Assembly (NCBI RefSeq): GCF_006345805.1
Contig: NC_043007.1
Span: 59,086,001-59,150,000 of the forward strand
Length of the DNA: 64,000 nucleotides
From: Octopus sinensis
Lineage: Eukaryota
Direction: 5' to 3'
Part shown: positions 50,336 through 62,816 of the stretch, one piece after another
Layout: each line of letters begins with the position of its first letter
Position numbering within the stretch: position 1 is the stretch's first letter
Translations under genes and position numbers: made by a program
Notes under the pieces: model-generated
The model's input: only the letters and a program-made list of their open reading frames with translations
Database searches by the model: none
Told to the model about the DNA's origin: nothing

Positions 50336-51301
50336 ATCACACGCATCAGTAGCACCAAGAATTCTTTCCGATAAATTCCTCAGTAATAGTATCGTGAAGA
50401 TTACTAAAGCCATAGAACAGTTTACTGTGATTGACCCTGACAGGGAGCACAACAGCGAAAAGAGGTATTGTGAACAGGGTATTATTGCTACCAAGAACTG
50501 CTCTGTGAGGGAGAATATTTAAGTCAGTGCAGATGACATTAGATACATTTTTCTTGATTAAAGTACGAAGAACTTCAACCTGGTCTCTTATCTTAGATAT
50601 AGCAACTTCTGTCCTTGTTCGCACTGTTGTGTTTCAACTGAATTAATTTGAGTAAACCGGTGTGCTCATTATTAAAGTTAATTAACCACATTTTGATTTT
50701 ATTAATGCATTAGATATTGATTAAACCCGTTTACTAATTCTATAATAACTTAAAATCACATTGTTACAGGTTGAATAAAGTTAAGCGCTTGGACCTTACG
50801 ACAGCGTGTCTGGATTTTTTTAGTTGTTTGACAATATTTAACACATTTGCGTGCTTATCTTGATTAAAAACATCCTATCAAGCTCGCTATCTCAATTTGT
50901 GCAATATTATAACAACCTTGTAAGGCACTGCTTCTTAGGACCGTATTTACAGCGCTAACCGAAATATTACTCTGCGTGACTGTGCGCGCGCGCGATTGCA
51001 CAATGACGTGTAGAAACACACCTTTGTTCTTCAAAAGATACTGCCATTTACTTTCTTTTCTCCATCTCCAGCTAACCTATCTACCCATCTACTTACTTAC
51101 CTGTCGACCTACTTATATACACAAATAAACCAACAGACGTTAATAATACATACATACATACATACATACATACATACATACATAAATACATACATACACA
51201 CACGCATATATGTATGTATATGTATATATATATATATATCTATATATATATATATATACATATATATATGTGTGTATATATATACATTTATATATATATA
51301 C

Positions 51302-51332
<31 letters not shown>

Positions 51333-51539
51333 TGTATGTATGTATGTATGCATGCATGTATTATATATATATGCTATCAATAAAACATCGTTGGCATTGT
51401 GCTGAAACAGCTGATCAATGAAACTGAAAACATGTTTCGACTTGTAAGCAGCTTAATTAATATAAAGATGTGACGTATATTCGAAACAGACTTTCAGAAC
51501 ATACACACACTATATATGCCGTTATATATATGTGTGTGT

Positions 51540-51587
<48 letters not shown>

Positions 51588-52031
51588 GCGTGTGTGTGTC
51601 TGTGTGTCTGTGTCTGTGTATGTATGTATGTATGTATGTATGTATATTGTGTATATTGTATGTATACATACATATACACACACACAAACACACACACAAG
51701 CGCACGCACACACAAATATATTCTTTTTTTTCTTTTTATCCTTTTTATTTGTTCCAGTCATTTGACTGCGGCCATGCTGGAGCACCGCCTTTAGTCGAAC
51801 AAATCGCCCCCAGGACTTATTCTTTGTAAGCTTAGTACTTATTCTATCGGTCTCTTTTGCAGACCCGCTAGATTACGGGGACGCAAACACATCAACATGA
51901 GATGTCAAGCGATGGTGGGGGGACAGAGTTCGGGAAAAAAGCTACAAAGTGCAAACAACCATGTAGCTTCGGGATCTCTTGACTAGAGATCAGGGCCTAC
52001 CGCACTGCTATCATATCACTTTCTTTGTAGG

Positions 52032-53027
52032 ATGTACACTTTGGCTTTAACGGCACAACCCTACTGTGGTGATGTATTCACCAGGAAGCCACGACCGATC
52101 GTCCCATCAACCTGGCGTAAGAAAGCTTTCGACGTCATTCACGGACTTTCCCACCCAGGTACTAAAGCCACACAGCGGCTGCTGTCAAGAAAATTTTTCT
52201 GGCACGGTATGGCCAAGCAAATCGGGGACTGGACCAAGACCTGCATCCCTTGTCAACACACCAAAGCACCCCTCGGCAACTATGAACTAGCTCAGGCCCG
52301 ATTCAACCATATCAACATCGACCTTGTCGGCCCCCTACCACTTTCACAACGCTATACCCGTTGGCCTGATGCTATCCATCTCCGCAGCACGGAAACACAA
52401 GAAGTCAGCCGAGCCTTCATCGCAAACTGGGTTGTCCGATTCGGTGTCCCAGACTGCATCTTATCCGATCGGGGTCCACAATTCACCTCAAAGCTGTGGA
52501 ATGACATATGTGACCTTTTTAGAATCACAATAAATCGCACAACAGTATACCATCCACAGGCCAACGGATTAATGGAGAGATTTCACCACCGCCTGAAGGA
52601 ATCCCTGACAACCAGACTTAACGGGTCAAACTGGATAGACCAACTACCATTGGTGATGCTGGGGATCCGCACCGCCCCAAAAGAAAATCTCAACACTTCC
52701 TCCGCAGAAATGGTGTATGGTGCCCCTCTTACAGTGCCAAGAGAGTTCTTTCCGAATACGAAGTCAGACCCGGAGGTCAAAAGGTACTTCGCTCAACTGA
52801 GGGACAGCGTGGGCCAGTTGCGCCCTGTTCCCATGTCGAAACACGGTGCACCCAGATCATCTGTACCAAATGACCTCTGCACGGCTAACTTTGTTCGTTC
52901 GACGTGACATACGACAAAAACCCTTCCATTTACTCTACGATGGTCCATATCAAGTCATACATTCGGGAGATAGAACATTCCAACTCCTAATTGGTGGACG
53001 ACAAGATACAGTCTCCATCGATAGATC
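52032..53027 (+). pseudogene. Gypsy/Ty3 integrase fragment, copy 1
   Basis: HHCC finger (HGLSH...CIPC), HINIDLVGP, SDRGPQF, NGLMERFH, and GPY in a shifted frame; internal deletions; no LTR seen. Confidence 0.9.
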
Positions 53028-53044
53028 GAACACACAGACACACA

Positions 53045-53075
<31 letters not shown>

Positions 53076-53423
53076 CACAACACACACACAAGCGCACGCA
53101 CACACAAATATATTCTTTTTTTTCTTTTTATCCTTTTTATTTGTTCCAGTCATTTGACTGCGGCCATGCTGGAGCACCGCCTTTAGTCGAACAAATCGCC
53201 CCCAGGACTTATTCTTTGTAAGCTTAGTACTTATTCTATCGGTCTCTTTTGCAGACCCGCTAGATTACGGGGACGCAAACACATCAACATGAGATGTCAA
53301 GCGATGGTGGGGGGACAGAGTTCGGGAAAAAAGCTACAAAGTGCAAACAACCATGTAGCTTCGGGATCTCTTGACTAGAGATCAGGGCCTACCGCACTGC
53401 TATCATATCACTTTCTTTGTAGG

Positions 53424-54419
53424 ATGTACACTTTGGCTTTAACGGCACAACCCTACTGTGGTGATGTATTCACCAGGAAGCCACGACCGATCGTCCCATC
53501 AACCTGGCGTAAGAAAGCTTTCGACGTCATTCACGGACTTTCCCACCCAGGTACTAAAGCCACACAGCGGCTGCTGTCAAGAAAATTTTTCTGGCACGGT
53601 ATGGCCAAGCAAATCGGGGACTGGACCAAGACCTGCATCCCTTGTCAACACACCAAAGCACCCCTCGGCAACTATGAACTAGCTCAGGCCCGATTCAACC
53701 ATATCAACATCGACCTTGTCGGCTCCCTACCACTTTCACAACGCTATACCCGTTGGCCTGATGCTATCCATCTCCGCAGCACGGAAACACAAGAAGTCAG
53801 CCGAGCCTTCATCGCAAACTGGGTTGTCCGATTCGGTGTCCCAGACTGCATCTTATCCGATCGGGGTCCACAATTCACCTCAAAGCTGTGGAATGACATA
53901 TGTGACCTTTTTAGAATCACAATAAATCGCACAACAGTATACCATCCACAGGCCAACGGATTAATGGAGAGATTTCACCACCGCCTGAAGGAATCCCTGA
54001 CAACCAGACTTAACGGGTCAAACTGGATAGACCAACTACCATTGGTGATGCTGGGGATCCGCACCGCCCCAAAAGAAAATCTCAACACTTCCTCCGCAGA
54101 AATGGTGTATGGTGCCCCTCTTACAGTGCCAAGAGAGTTCTTTCCGAATACGAAGTCAGACCCGGAGGTCAAAAGGTACTTCGCTCAACTGAGGGACAGC
54201 GTGGGCCAGTTGCGCCCTGTTCCCATGTCGAAACACGGTGCACCCAGATCATCTGTACCAAATGACCTCTGCACGGCTAACTTTGTTCGTTCGACGTGAC
54301 ATACGACAAAAACCCTTCCATTTACTCTACGATGGTCCATATCAAGTCATACATTCGGGAGATAGAACATTCCAACTCCTAATTGGTGGACGACAAGATA
54401 CAGTCTCCATCGATAGATC
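53424..54419 (+). pseudogene. Gypsy/Ty3 integrase fragment, copy 2
   Basis: Offset 1392 bp from copy 1; the 291-aa ORF differs at one residue (GPLP vs GSLP). Confidence 0.9.
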
Positions 54420-54429
54420 GAAACACACA

Positions 54430-54486
<57 letters not shown>

Positions 54487-54679
54487 GTTCATTCCACCAA
54501 CTGATTAAAGTCACTGAAAAGACTGCAAATGGCAATAAAAGAACTTTGACGAATAAAAAACAAAACAAATTAACAAACAATCGATTAGTTAGATGGATAG
54601 ATATTTAACCAATTGACTAATAATAGAATTGAACCAGTGCGTGTGTTATTAATATTGTTGTAATGACTCTCCCAAGACA

Positions 54680-54972
54680 CAACATTTCTTTCGGCTTTTT
54701 AAAATTACCATCGTACTTATCGGTACAATGCACCGAGGCACATACTTGATCCATACATCAAACAGCTGCCTCATTATAAGCATCACATTAAATCTATGAC
54801 AAAATAAGGTCCGAGCATTTAATCGAGTAGCTTCTTGTACACATGACTTAATTTTCTTTCTATTGTCACGTATTAATTCCACTGTAGACGTTGTAGGATT
54901 TAATGTCATGGTAACGTGGCTGATTATTTCTCCTGTATCAAACATTTTTAATATAACAAGTTTAATTCTCAT
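54680..54972 (-). pseudogene. Tigger/pogo transposase N-terminal remnant
   Basis: IKLVILKMFDTGE..STVELIRDNRKKIKSCV..MRQLFDVWIK..+VPIST resembles the psq HTH plus CENP-B region. Confidence 0.6.
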
Positions 54973-56509
54973 ATGATTATATGAGAATTAAACTTGTTTC
55001 TGGTTCGTTTTCGTAGCTCTACTTGACAGCTTATTTAGAGACATCTTGAATTGTAGGTAACTATCAACAATTATCTACAACAAATATGAAGACAAAAAAG
55101 CACCACGAAAGAACTGTTTTGTGAGAGCAAATAATTGCTGTCGTATTCCTGTGGATTTAGCAATGGGAATGAGAAGATGAAAGGCGAAGAGTCGGGAGGA
55201 AAGAAGTGCTGGATGACTGCAGTTAGTTGAACGGTTGATGCAGCTCCGTCGCATGACTTTTAGAGGCACCCTGCAACTTTTTGTTTCGAGGCCCCATCCC
55301 TTCAATCAAAATTCATTATCTATGCATCTTTTATTCATAGCTGTATTTTACTTCATTCTATCTGAAGTTCAATATTTCACGTTATCCAAAAGAACATCTT
55401 AAAAAGTACAATTTAAATTTATTTAAGTCTATTACAAATTTCAATAAGTAAAACTTCCAGATATGAATAAAAGAGCACTTTTATAATCCAGGCAACTTTC
55501 AATGACAAACACAGCGCACTTTTCGCTTCGCGAAATCATCGATCAGTTCAGAATAACCAAGCTGAGAGCTAAGTTCGTGTTCAATAGATATAGACAATCC
55601 TCGAAGTTTGGTACACGTTCGTGGTACAATGTAATATTTTTACAAGAACTTTTGTAAGTAAAATGTATTAAAATTTCAACAAATAAAAATTTGTTGAAAT
55701 TTTCAGTTATCATAGATAGTTTAATTCTTGTTCAGCATCTTAACCAAGGTAAATAGATGACTTATCTACGTACTTTGATCTTAATAAGGGAGCCCTCAAC
55801 TCCTGCGACCGCAGGGGTTGCAGGGGCTTAGCGACGACCCTGGGTTCATGGTTACTTAGCACCTGTAACTTGAGCCATAAAACTCCACAACCATTTCGCG
55901 CGCACACACACACACACACACCACTGTATTAACAACAACATTCCGACCATATTGATAATATTATTGTTGTTGCCAGTTGGTTGTTCAAAAGTTGGTAGGT
56001 GGTAGTGGTGGTGTTGTTTGTACTAGTTTTGGTGTAGAAAATGATGATGATGATGGTAGGAGTATTGTTGGTGGAGGAGGTCGTCATATTGTTCTTGTTA
56101 ACTATATCATTGTTGCTGTTTATTCTTATCTCAATCCTCATTGACGTAAGATCAAAAGCATTTTATTCAACTTTTGAAATACATTAAGACAACATATTAG
56201 CTCATGTGATTGTCTTTTATTTCAAATGGAAACGCTTATCCTGTTCTTACTATTGAGCAGTAAGTAGATATCTCGGTGAATCAGAAAAAAAAAATCATTG
56301 AAACTGGTGGTTTATGTTCATGAGCAAAAATTGGCGAAACCAGATTGTCTGAAAAAGGAATGACTTATAAAACTTATTTAGTGAAGAAAGGAAAAATCAC
56401 AACCAGGTTTCAACGAACGTAGATGATCGTTTAAGACTTCTGTTGTGTGAAAATGATCGTGGTGTCAGCAGAAGTTTAACTCACGGCACAAGTAGTTGAG
56501 CTTCAATAC

Positions 56510-56711
56510 TAGTCATGGCAAACCTTTTTAGACCGGTGTGTTGAAATTCCAATTTCTTTTTTCTTGCATTTATGCATGTATTTTAGCTTTAGGTAAATGC
56601 TTATAGAAAAGCTTTTTATAACATGGTGATGTAAATAGATTTTTGTTTCGAAGTCTATAAACCTCATGGAGTGTTACTGCTGATACGCGTGTCATAGGTT
56701 CGTTAACACTA
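56510..56711. mobile_element. Old hAT-like MITE
   Basis: Degenerate TIRs tagtcatggcaaacct / aggttcgttaacacta; no TSD recognised. Confidence 0.45.
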
Positions 56712-57776
56712 CTTTACGCCGTTGCTCGACATACTAGAATAGTTAAAAGTTTTCAAATTATACCCTACTGTCTTACAAAACGAAACTGGAAAAATAAAAA
56801 GCCCCTAAAAATTCCTGTAGATCTCGACAGGAACGTCTTCGATCACCGGTGTTGGGTCATTGCTAATCTAGATCTAAGTAACACCAACATCAATACAGTA
56901 ATTTCATTTCTAAATTTGTAAAAATCTACAATGCTTCTATTGTTTTCATAACAGAACAAGAGCAATATAGCTATATTTCATTCTTAGTATGTTTACTTTA
57001 ATCCATTGTATATCACTTCAAAACACCGACAGCATTTACTGTAGTCACACCTAACAGCAACAAGAGTTTTGTTCATTGACAAATCTACTTAAAATTAGAA
57101 TGATTATATTCTTACCGTGATTATGAAACAAAGATGTATATCATGACCATTTCGAGTACCGGACACAATAGCAGTTCTTTTCTTTAGGGTCTTGTTATTT
57201 GGTTTAATACAATATTAATAAAAAGTTTACTTAAAAAAAAACAGAAAGAAAAGAAAAAAGAGAAGACTGCCTTATCTGTGAGCGAAAAAAATTAAAGTGC
57301 TTATGCGCTTACATGTATGAATCTCTCTTCCTCTTCAGCTCACCCTTCACTTCTCTTGTAAGCAAGCAATCACTCATCTACATATTCACGTAGAAGCATA
57401 CATACGCACAGCCAAAAGACTAATTCTCAGGCAAACTCAAGGAGACCTTGAAGAAAGATGGCATGTCTTTGATGAGAGCGCGAATAGCGACGAAAGGACT
57501 TTAACAAACAAACAACTGATTGAATGCTTAACCAACACATTAAAAAAGCGATCGATTAGTTAGTTGGTTAAATATCTAAACGATTTACTAACAATAAAGA
57601 AGGGACACTGAAACAGTGCGCGTGTTGGTTTTTATTGTTGGCATAATGACTTTCCCAAGACAAAACAATACATACATACATACATACATACATACATACA
57701 TACATACATACGTACATACATACATACATACATACATACATACATACGTTCGTACGTACGTGCATACATACATACA

Positions 57777-57810
<34 letters not shown>

Positions 57811-57926
57811 CATACATACATACAAAAAGCACCTTGTGGATGTTGAAATTCCAATGAAGGAGCCATGGATCGAGGTTAGAAACCGGCTCTTTCTCCGTAA
57901 GAAATCCTGAAATAAAACTGATTAAT

Positions 57927-57979
<53 letters not shown>

Positions 57980-57999
57980 ACACAAACACAAACTCTTTT

Positions 58000-58074
<75 letters not shown>

Positions 58075-58311
58075 AGAAAGAGGGAGAGAGGGAGAGAGAA
58101 AGAGAGAAATATTACATTTCTAAATCTATACAGTAGCAGCAAGATAAAGGGATGGTATGTTGTCAACTTAATAATGTTGCCATCATTAATAATAGATGGT
58201 GGCACGCCCTCAAGAGAGCCATTCGTTTAGAGTCTATTAGATTTAGCAAATCAGCTAAGTTTATATAAATCTAGAATAGAAGGGGAATTAGTTAAGAATT
58301 TAAATGAGGCT

Positions 58312-61073
58312 AAACGGAGAAATTCCAACTTATGCAGGCCGTCTGATCCGAAACTCACCTCCTTCCAAAAATTTTGCCTACAAATTTCTTTGTAATGTAT
58401 AAAATTTCATTAAAAAATACCTATTTTCAAGAAAGATATGAGGGGGAAAATGTCGGGTCCTGTGAATTTTCCGAAACTTCTCTCCCTCATCCATCGAAAA
58501 TTTTTTCCAACAAATCTTTACATACACTCAATCTACAGGATATAACTTAGAATAACTTAGAAAGGTTTTGGCCAGTATTGGCCCAGGCCATGTCTAACTT
58601 AATAACACCACCTGGCTTTTTTTTTTTATATAAGATTTATATAAAACCCATTTCGTGGCACCTTCGGGGTGCAACTGAATAGGAAAAATTTGCAAAAGTA
58701 TATTCAGACTGTTTGTGGTTCAATAGGCTGGAGGCATTATTATCTTAGTTGGAAACAGATGAAGGTTGACCACAAAAAGATCTGGCCTTAGGAAATATCT
58801 GCTTCATTGATGACTCATCTGATCTATGCAAGCATGGAAAAGTAGCTGTTAAAACAATGAGGACAGTGGCACACGCGTACACATATGCATGTACGCACAC
58901 GCGCACACACACACACAAGAAGAAGGAATTATGAAAAAAACATGAAATGAATGACAATTAGCCATATTGCAGAACTTGAAGAAAGAAGTCTTACCTTACG
59001 GAGAAATGTCCATGAGGTACTTTTTGGCGGTATATCCTGTTTAGAGAAATCCTTAGTAGGTTTCTTAGTAAGGTAGTGCTGTAATGGTACAATTGTATCC
59101 AAAGGTTTGTTGTCGTCTTTTTGTGGCGTTTTTGGTAAATCAACAATAATATTAGAACTCTGGGAGAGTTCAACCATGGAATTTGCATAGTCATGGTTCC
59201 AACTTTGTGCCGTTTCCTCGCTAGCCTGTGCAGTGTTACTTACATCAGCAGTTTCAGCCCATTCCTGAAGAAATGATATGGTAGTGAAATAAATCATTGT
59301 TGTTCTTACTGACCTGTGCAGTGCTATTTTTATCAGGAACTTCAGACCATTCCAAAAGAAGTGACGTGCAATTCAATAAATCATTTTCACTCTCAGACTT
59401 TCTCATACCCTTATCCTTTGGAGGGGATATTGCTGATGTTTCTTGTGGAGACGACACTGAAGAACAAATTTGTTGTTCCACTCTGTAAGGATCAAAGTCT
59501 GCTAAATTGAGATATTCTCTATCATAAAAATCTATGAGATTTGCTGTTGTGTGAGCAATTCCATTTCCTTGAGGGTACTCAATGCTGAAGGTGTCCGCAA
59601 CAGGGGTTATTGTTGCAGAGGCACTGTTTGTTAAGGGTACAGTTTTAGGGTAAGTATCAATATCATCCAGATCATTCAAGCTGGCTGGACGATGCATGTT
59701 AGATAGGGAAGGTTTTCTCTCTTTGAACAAACCCGAGGGATCTCCTTCCCATGATACTAGCATTTGATGGGAATTAGTTACAAGAGCAGGAGAAGGGTAC
59801 TGAAAAGACGTTGAAGTCTGTACATTTTGGTAACTTTGAGGAGAGAATGGACATGGGGGTTTTTGTTGTGACGGTAATTGCAAGGTTTGTTCTGGTGGTT
59901 GAGACCGTGAGACTTGTGATAATGGCACACGTTGTTCAATATTAAGTTTAACAGGACAATCTGTTAAATGACCGAAGCCAATTGGAGGAGGCACACAACT
60001 GTTGAAATATACATCTGACCTCAGTTCATAGAACAAACCACTGATATCTGGGTAGGCTTTGCTTGTTGCACTTAAATCTTCCATAGAATTACTTAAACCT
60101 TTCTTCAGAGTATTTGATTCCAAGTTAGGGTAACTTAAATCAAGTCCTTCTAAATCTGAACTAAATTTACTAGTGGATTCCAAGTCATCCAATGTTATCA
60201 ATGTAGGTGACTTTTCTGTGAAATCTGTCATATCAGGTATATTTTCTTTACTATCCTTCTGAGCCGGATTGAAAACCTTTCGCTGTGTGCGATCTCTTAC
60301 TCTGGAGGGAACTGATGGAGGTGGATCAATAGCGTAGTAAGCCATTTTGAGGAAATCTTTAGGGTTTTGAATGAGTTAAACTACATGTACTTATTTAATA
60401 AATTAAAAAAATTAAAACTTTTCAAAGAAGTTTAAAAAAAAAAAAACTTTAAGGAATTCAACTTTGTCGACACATTCCTTGGTGGAAGATGAGTTCACAC
60501 ATTTGATAGTTATTGAAGTCTCAGATATGAAAACCGATTTGCTTCTGGCATGGTTGTTACCGTGCCGTGTCTCTGTGGAGAAAGAGAGAGAAAGTTTATG
60601 TTTGTTGTTGGGACGAAACAACCAAACAGCTCTCATATGTACACACACTTATGACTTAACTCCATCATTGATTCCAAAAGAGGGTAAGCTGTCTAAAAAA
60701 AAACTAAAAAAGAAAACGTAGTTTTACCCTTCAGCTTTATCTAAGTAAAACATATATATATATGTTGTATAAATATATTTATATATACAAGAGCCCATAC
60801 GTTGAGCTCAGTGTAATTAAATAAGTGACTAGTAAGTAGTCACTAGTGAGTAAGTGGCGTATAAATAATTATTTGGTGAAAGTTTCGTTAAAATGTGTCG
60901 ATTTTTCTGGAAGTTATGAGGCAACAAATTCGGTGGGATATTAAATTGTAGTTATGCCTTTGTCAATAAAAGTTAACGTTAACGGATTAACGTTAACTTC
61001 CGTTACATTTTCAACGAATAAACGGATTAGCGATTAACGAAGTTAACTTTTCGATTAACGGTGCCCACCTCTG
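58312..61073 (+). mobile_element. Second copy of the hAT-like element, split by a 2.3-kb gene-containing insert
   Basis: 58312-58545 aligns to 34163-34454 and 60860-61073 aligns to 34450-34685, ending in the same TIR. Confidence 0.8.
58995..60345 (-). CDS. Large first-coding-exon-like block encoding a disordered Ser/Pro-rich N-terminus (possibly class II PI3K N-terminal region); intact gene or captured fragment unresolved
   Basis: 363-aa ORF from ATG 60345 with PPPSVPSR, NLIDF and DFDP motifs. A second frame continues to a strong donor AAG|gtaaga at 58995. Removing 59265-59313 (GTCAGT...TTTCTTCAG) joins both frames into 434 aa. No downstream exon was found in the window. Family assignment is from motif memory only. 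Confidence 0.55.
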
Positions 61074-61225
61074 TATATATGTATACATATATATGTGAAA
61101 TGGACAAGATGGGTATCATTCCAATGTTCTACGGATTGAACCTGCAACAAGATATTCAATTACAAACAAAAAGGTGTCGTCAAATGACTTCTATTCTTAC
61201 CAACTGATGTTAAAACCAGAACAAT

Positions 61226-61287
<62 letters not shown>

Positions 61288-61389
61288 ATATATATATACA
61301 TACATACATATATACATGTATGTTTACATATATATAAATATGCATACATATATACATATATATATTTACATATATATATATGTATACAT

Positions 61390-61441
<52 letters not shown>

Positions 61442-61878
61442 TATATATACATATATGCATACATTTATATATATTTTACACATACACACACATATGTATA
61501 ACATATATATATACATAAAAGAGAGTTTGTATGTGTGTGTGCGTATGTTCTTTATGCATTCCAAAACCGAGTTGTTGATTTTGACGTATGACGTATCAAA
61601 AGATTCAGTAAGCTTTTAGCTACCAACTAAACTATATTTTCATTCACATATTTGTATTATAAAAATTTAACATTGTCATTTTCTTTTAGTCACCTATCGC
61701 AAGCGACATTTTATATCATCACTACTACGACAATGACGTCACATTTTCTAACTAAGTGTGTTTGCGCGTTCGTTAGACCGATGTATATGTGTGTGACGGT
61801 GTATGTATCTGTCAGTATACGTACATTTTTGTGACAAGCGACACACACACAGACAGAGAGGCTTCAGGTGTGCATTCA

Positions 61879-61962
<84 letters not shown>

Positions 61963-62634
61963 TGTGTGTATTAGTTTATGTATGTAACTTTCTCCCACCC
62001 AACATTGAAACGCGCTGAAACGATCAACAGCGTTCACTTTGAAGTACCACTAACATGAAGATTTGGCTGATTTAACACCACTCACATTACTCGCTAATAT
62101 ATCTGGGAAAAAAATGTTATTCTGGTTATTATAACAAATTCGGAAACTTGGCCAAGAAGAAAGCCTCAGCGGCTCTTTCAATATGATTACAGAAATGTTA
62201 TTTCACTCCTTCTAACTAGTTTCAAGATAATGTTTTTTTTAACAGTCCTTGTATTATTCACCACTGTGAATATCAACGTCGCACAACCTTTTTACTGCAT
62301 TAGTCAGTTTTTATTGTACAGCCTATAACGTTACACAGGTAAAAAAATATGTAGTAAATGTCAAATTCATTTATATCTTGCTACATACATCCTTCAGCAA
62401 ATATTTTAAATTAATGGTCAACGGCATCTTCCTTTCTATAAACTTGGTTCAGAGCTCGTTTCAAAATTGTAATATAAATTTTATTTTGTATGAAAAATTG
62501 AATTATGCCTTCTGAATTTTCTTCGACTTTCACTTTCTTCACCGTGACATTCATTCAATCGTGAATTTAATAACCCTTAGTACATGTTCCAAATAAATGT
62601 TGACTTTCTGTACTTTGTTACATTGGTGTCGCAT

Positions 62635-62816
62635 AGTAACTTTTGCTAAGTTGGTAACTTTCCATTCTTTTTATATCATAACTATGCTGCAGAACGTATG
62701 TTTTGTACCTATATTGACTATATTTAGTAACTTTTGCTAAATTGGTGACTTTCTATTTTTTATAGCATAACTATGTTACAGAAAGAATGTTTTGCACCTA
62801 TAATTGACTACATTTC
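62635..62816. repeat. Two diverged about 90-bp tandem units
   Basis: tagtaacttttgctaa...ttgacta at 62635 and 62726. Confidence 0.8.

Larger units (their letters stand above)
51690..54480 (+). repeat. 1392-bp tandem duplication bounded by (CA)n tracts
   Basis: All ORFs repeat at +1392; junctions fall within CA microsatellites. Confidence 0.95.

Noticed and set aside
51390-51450. GAAACATGTT palindrome on the minus strand
   Set aside because: No credible core or stem II upstream.
57845-57900. GAAACCGG motif in the R4-like 3' UTR
   Set aside because: No CUGANGA-compatible core and no stem I pairing.
58546-60859. Helitron or LTR element as carrier of the 2.3-kb insert
   Set aside because: No TC start, only a weak 5-bp hairpin before CTAA, and no TG...CA ends or LTRs.
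540-62018. Dozens of ORFs of IY, CV, HT, MYVC, poly-I or poly-N type
   Set aside because: They are translations of TA, CA, TACA and triplet microsatellites with no coding signal.
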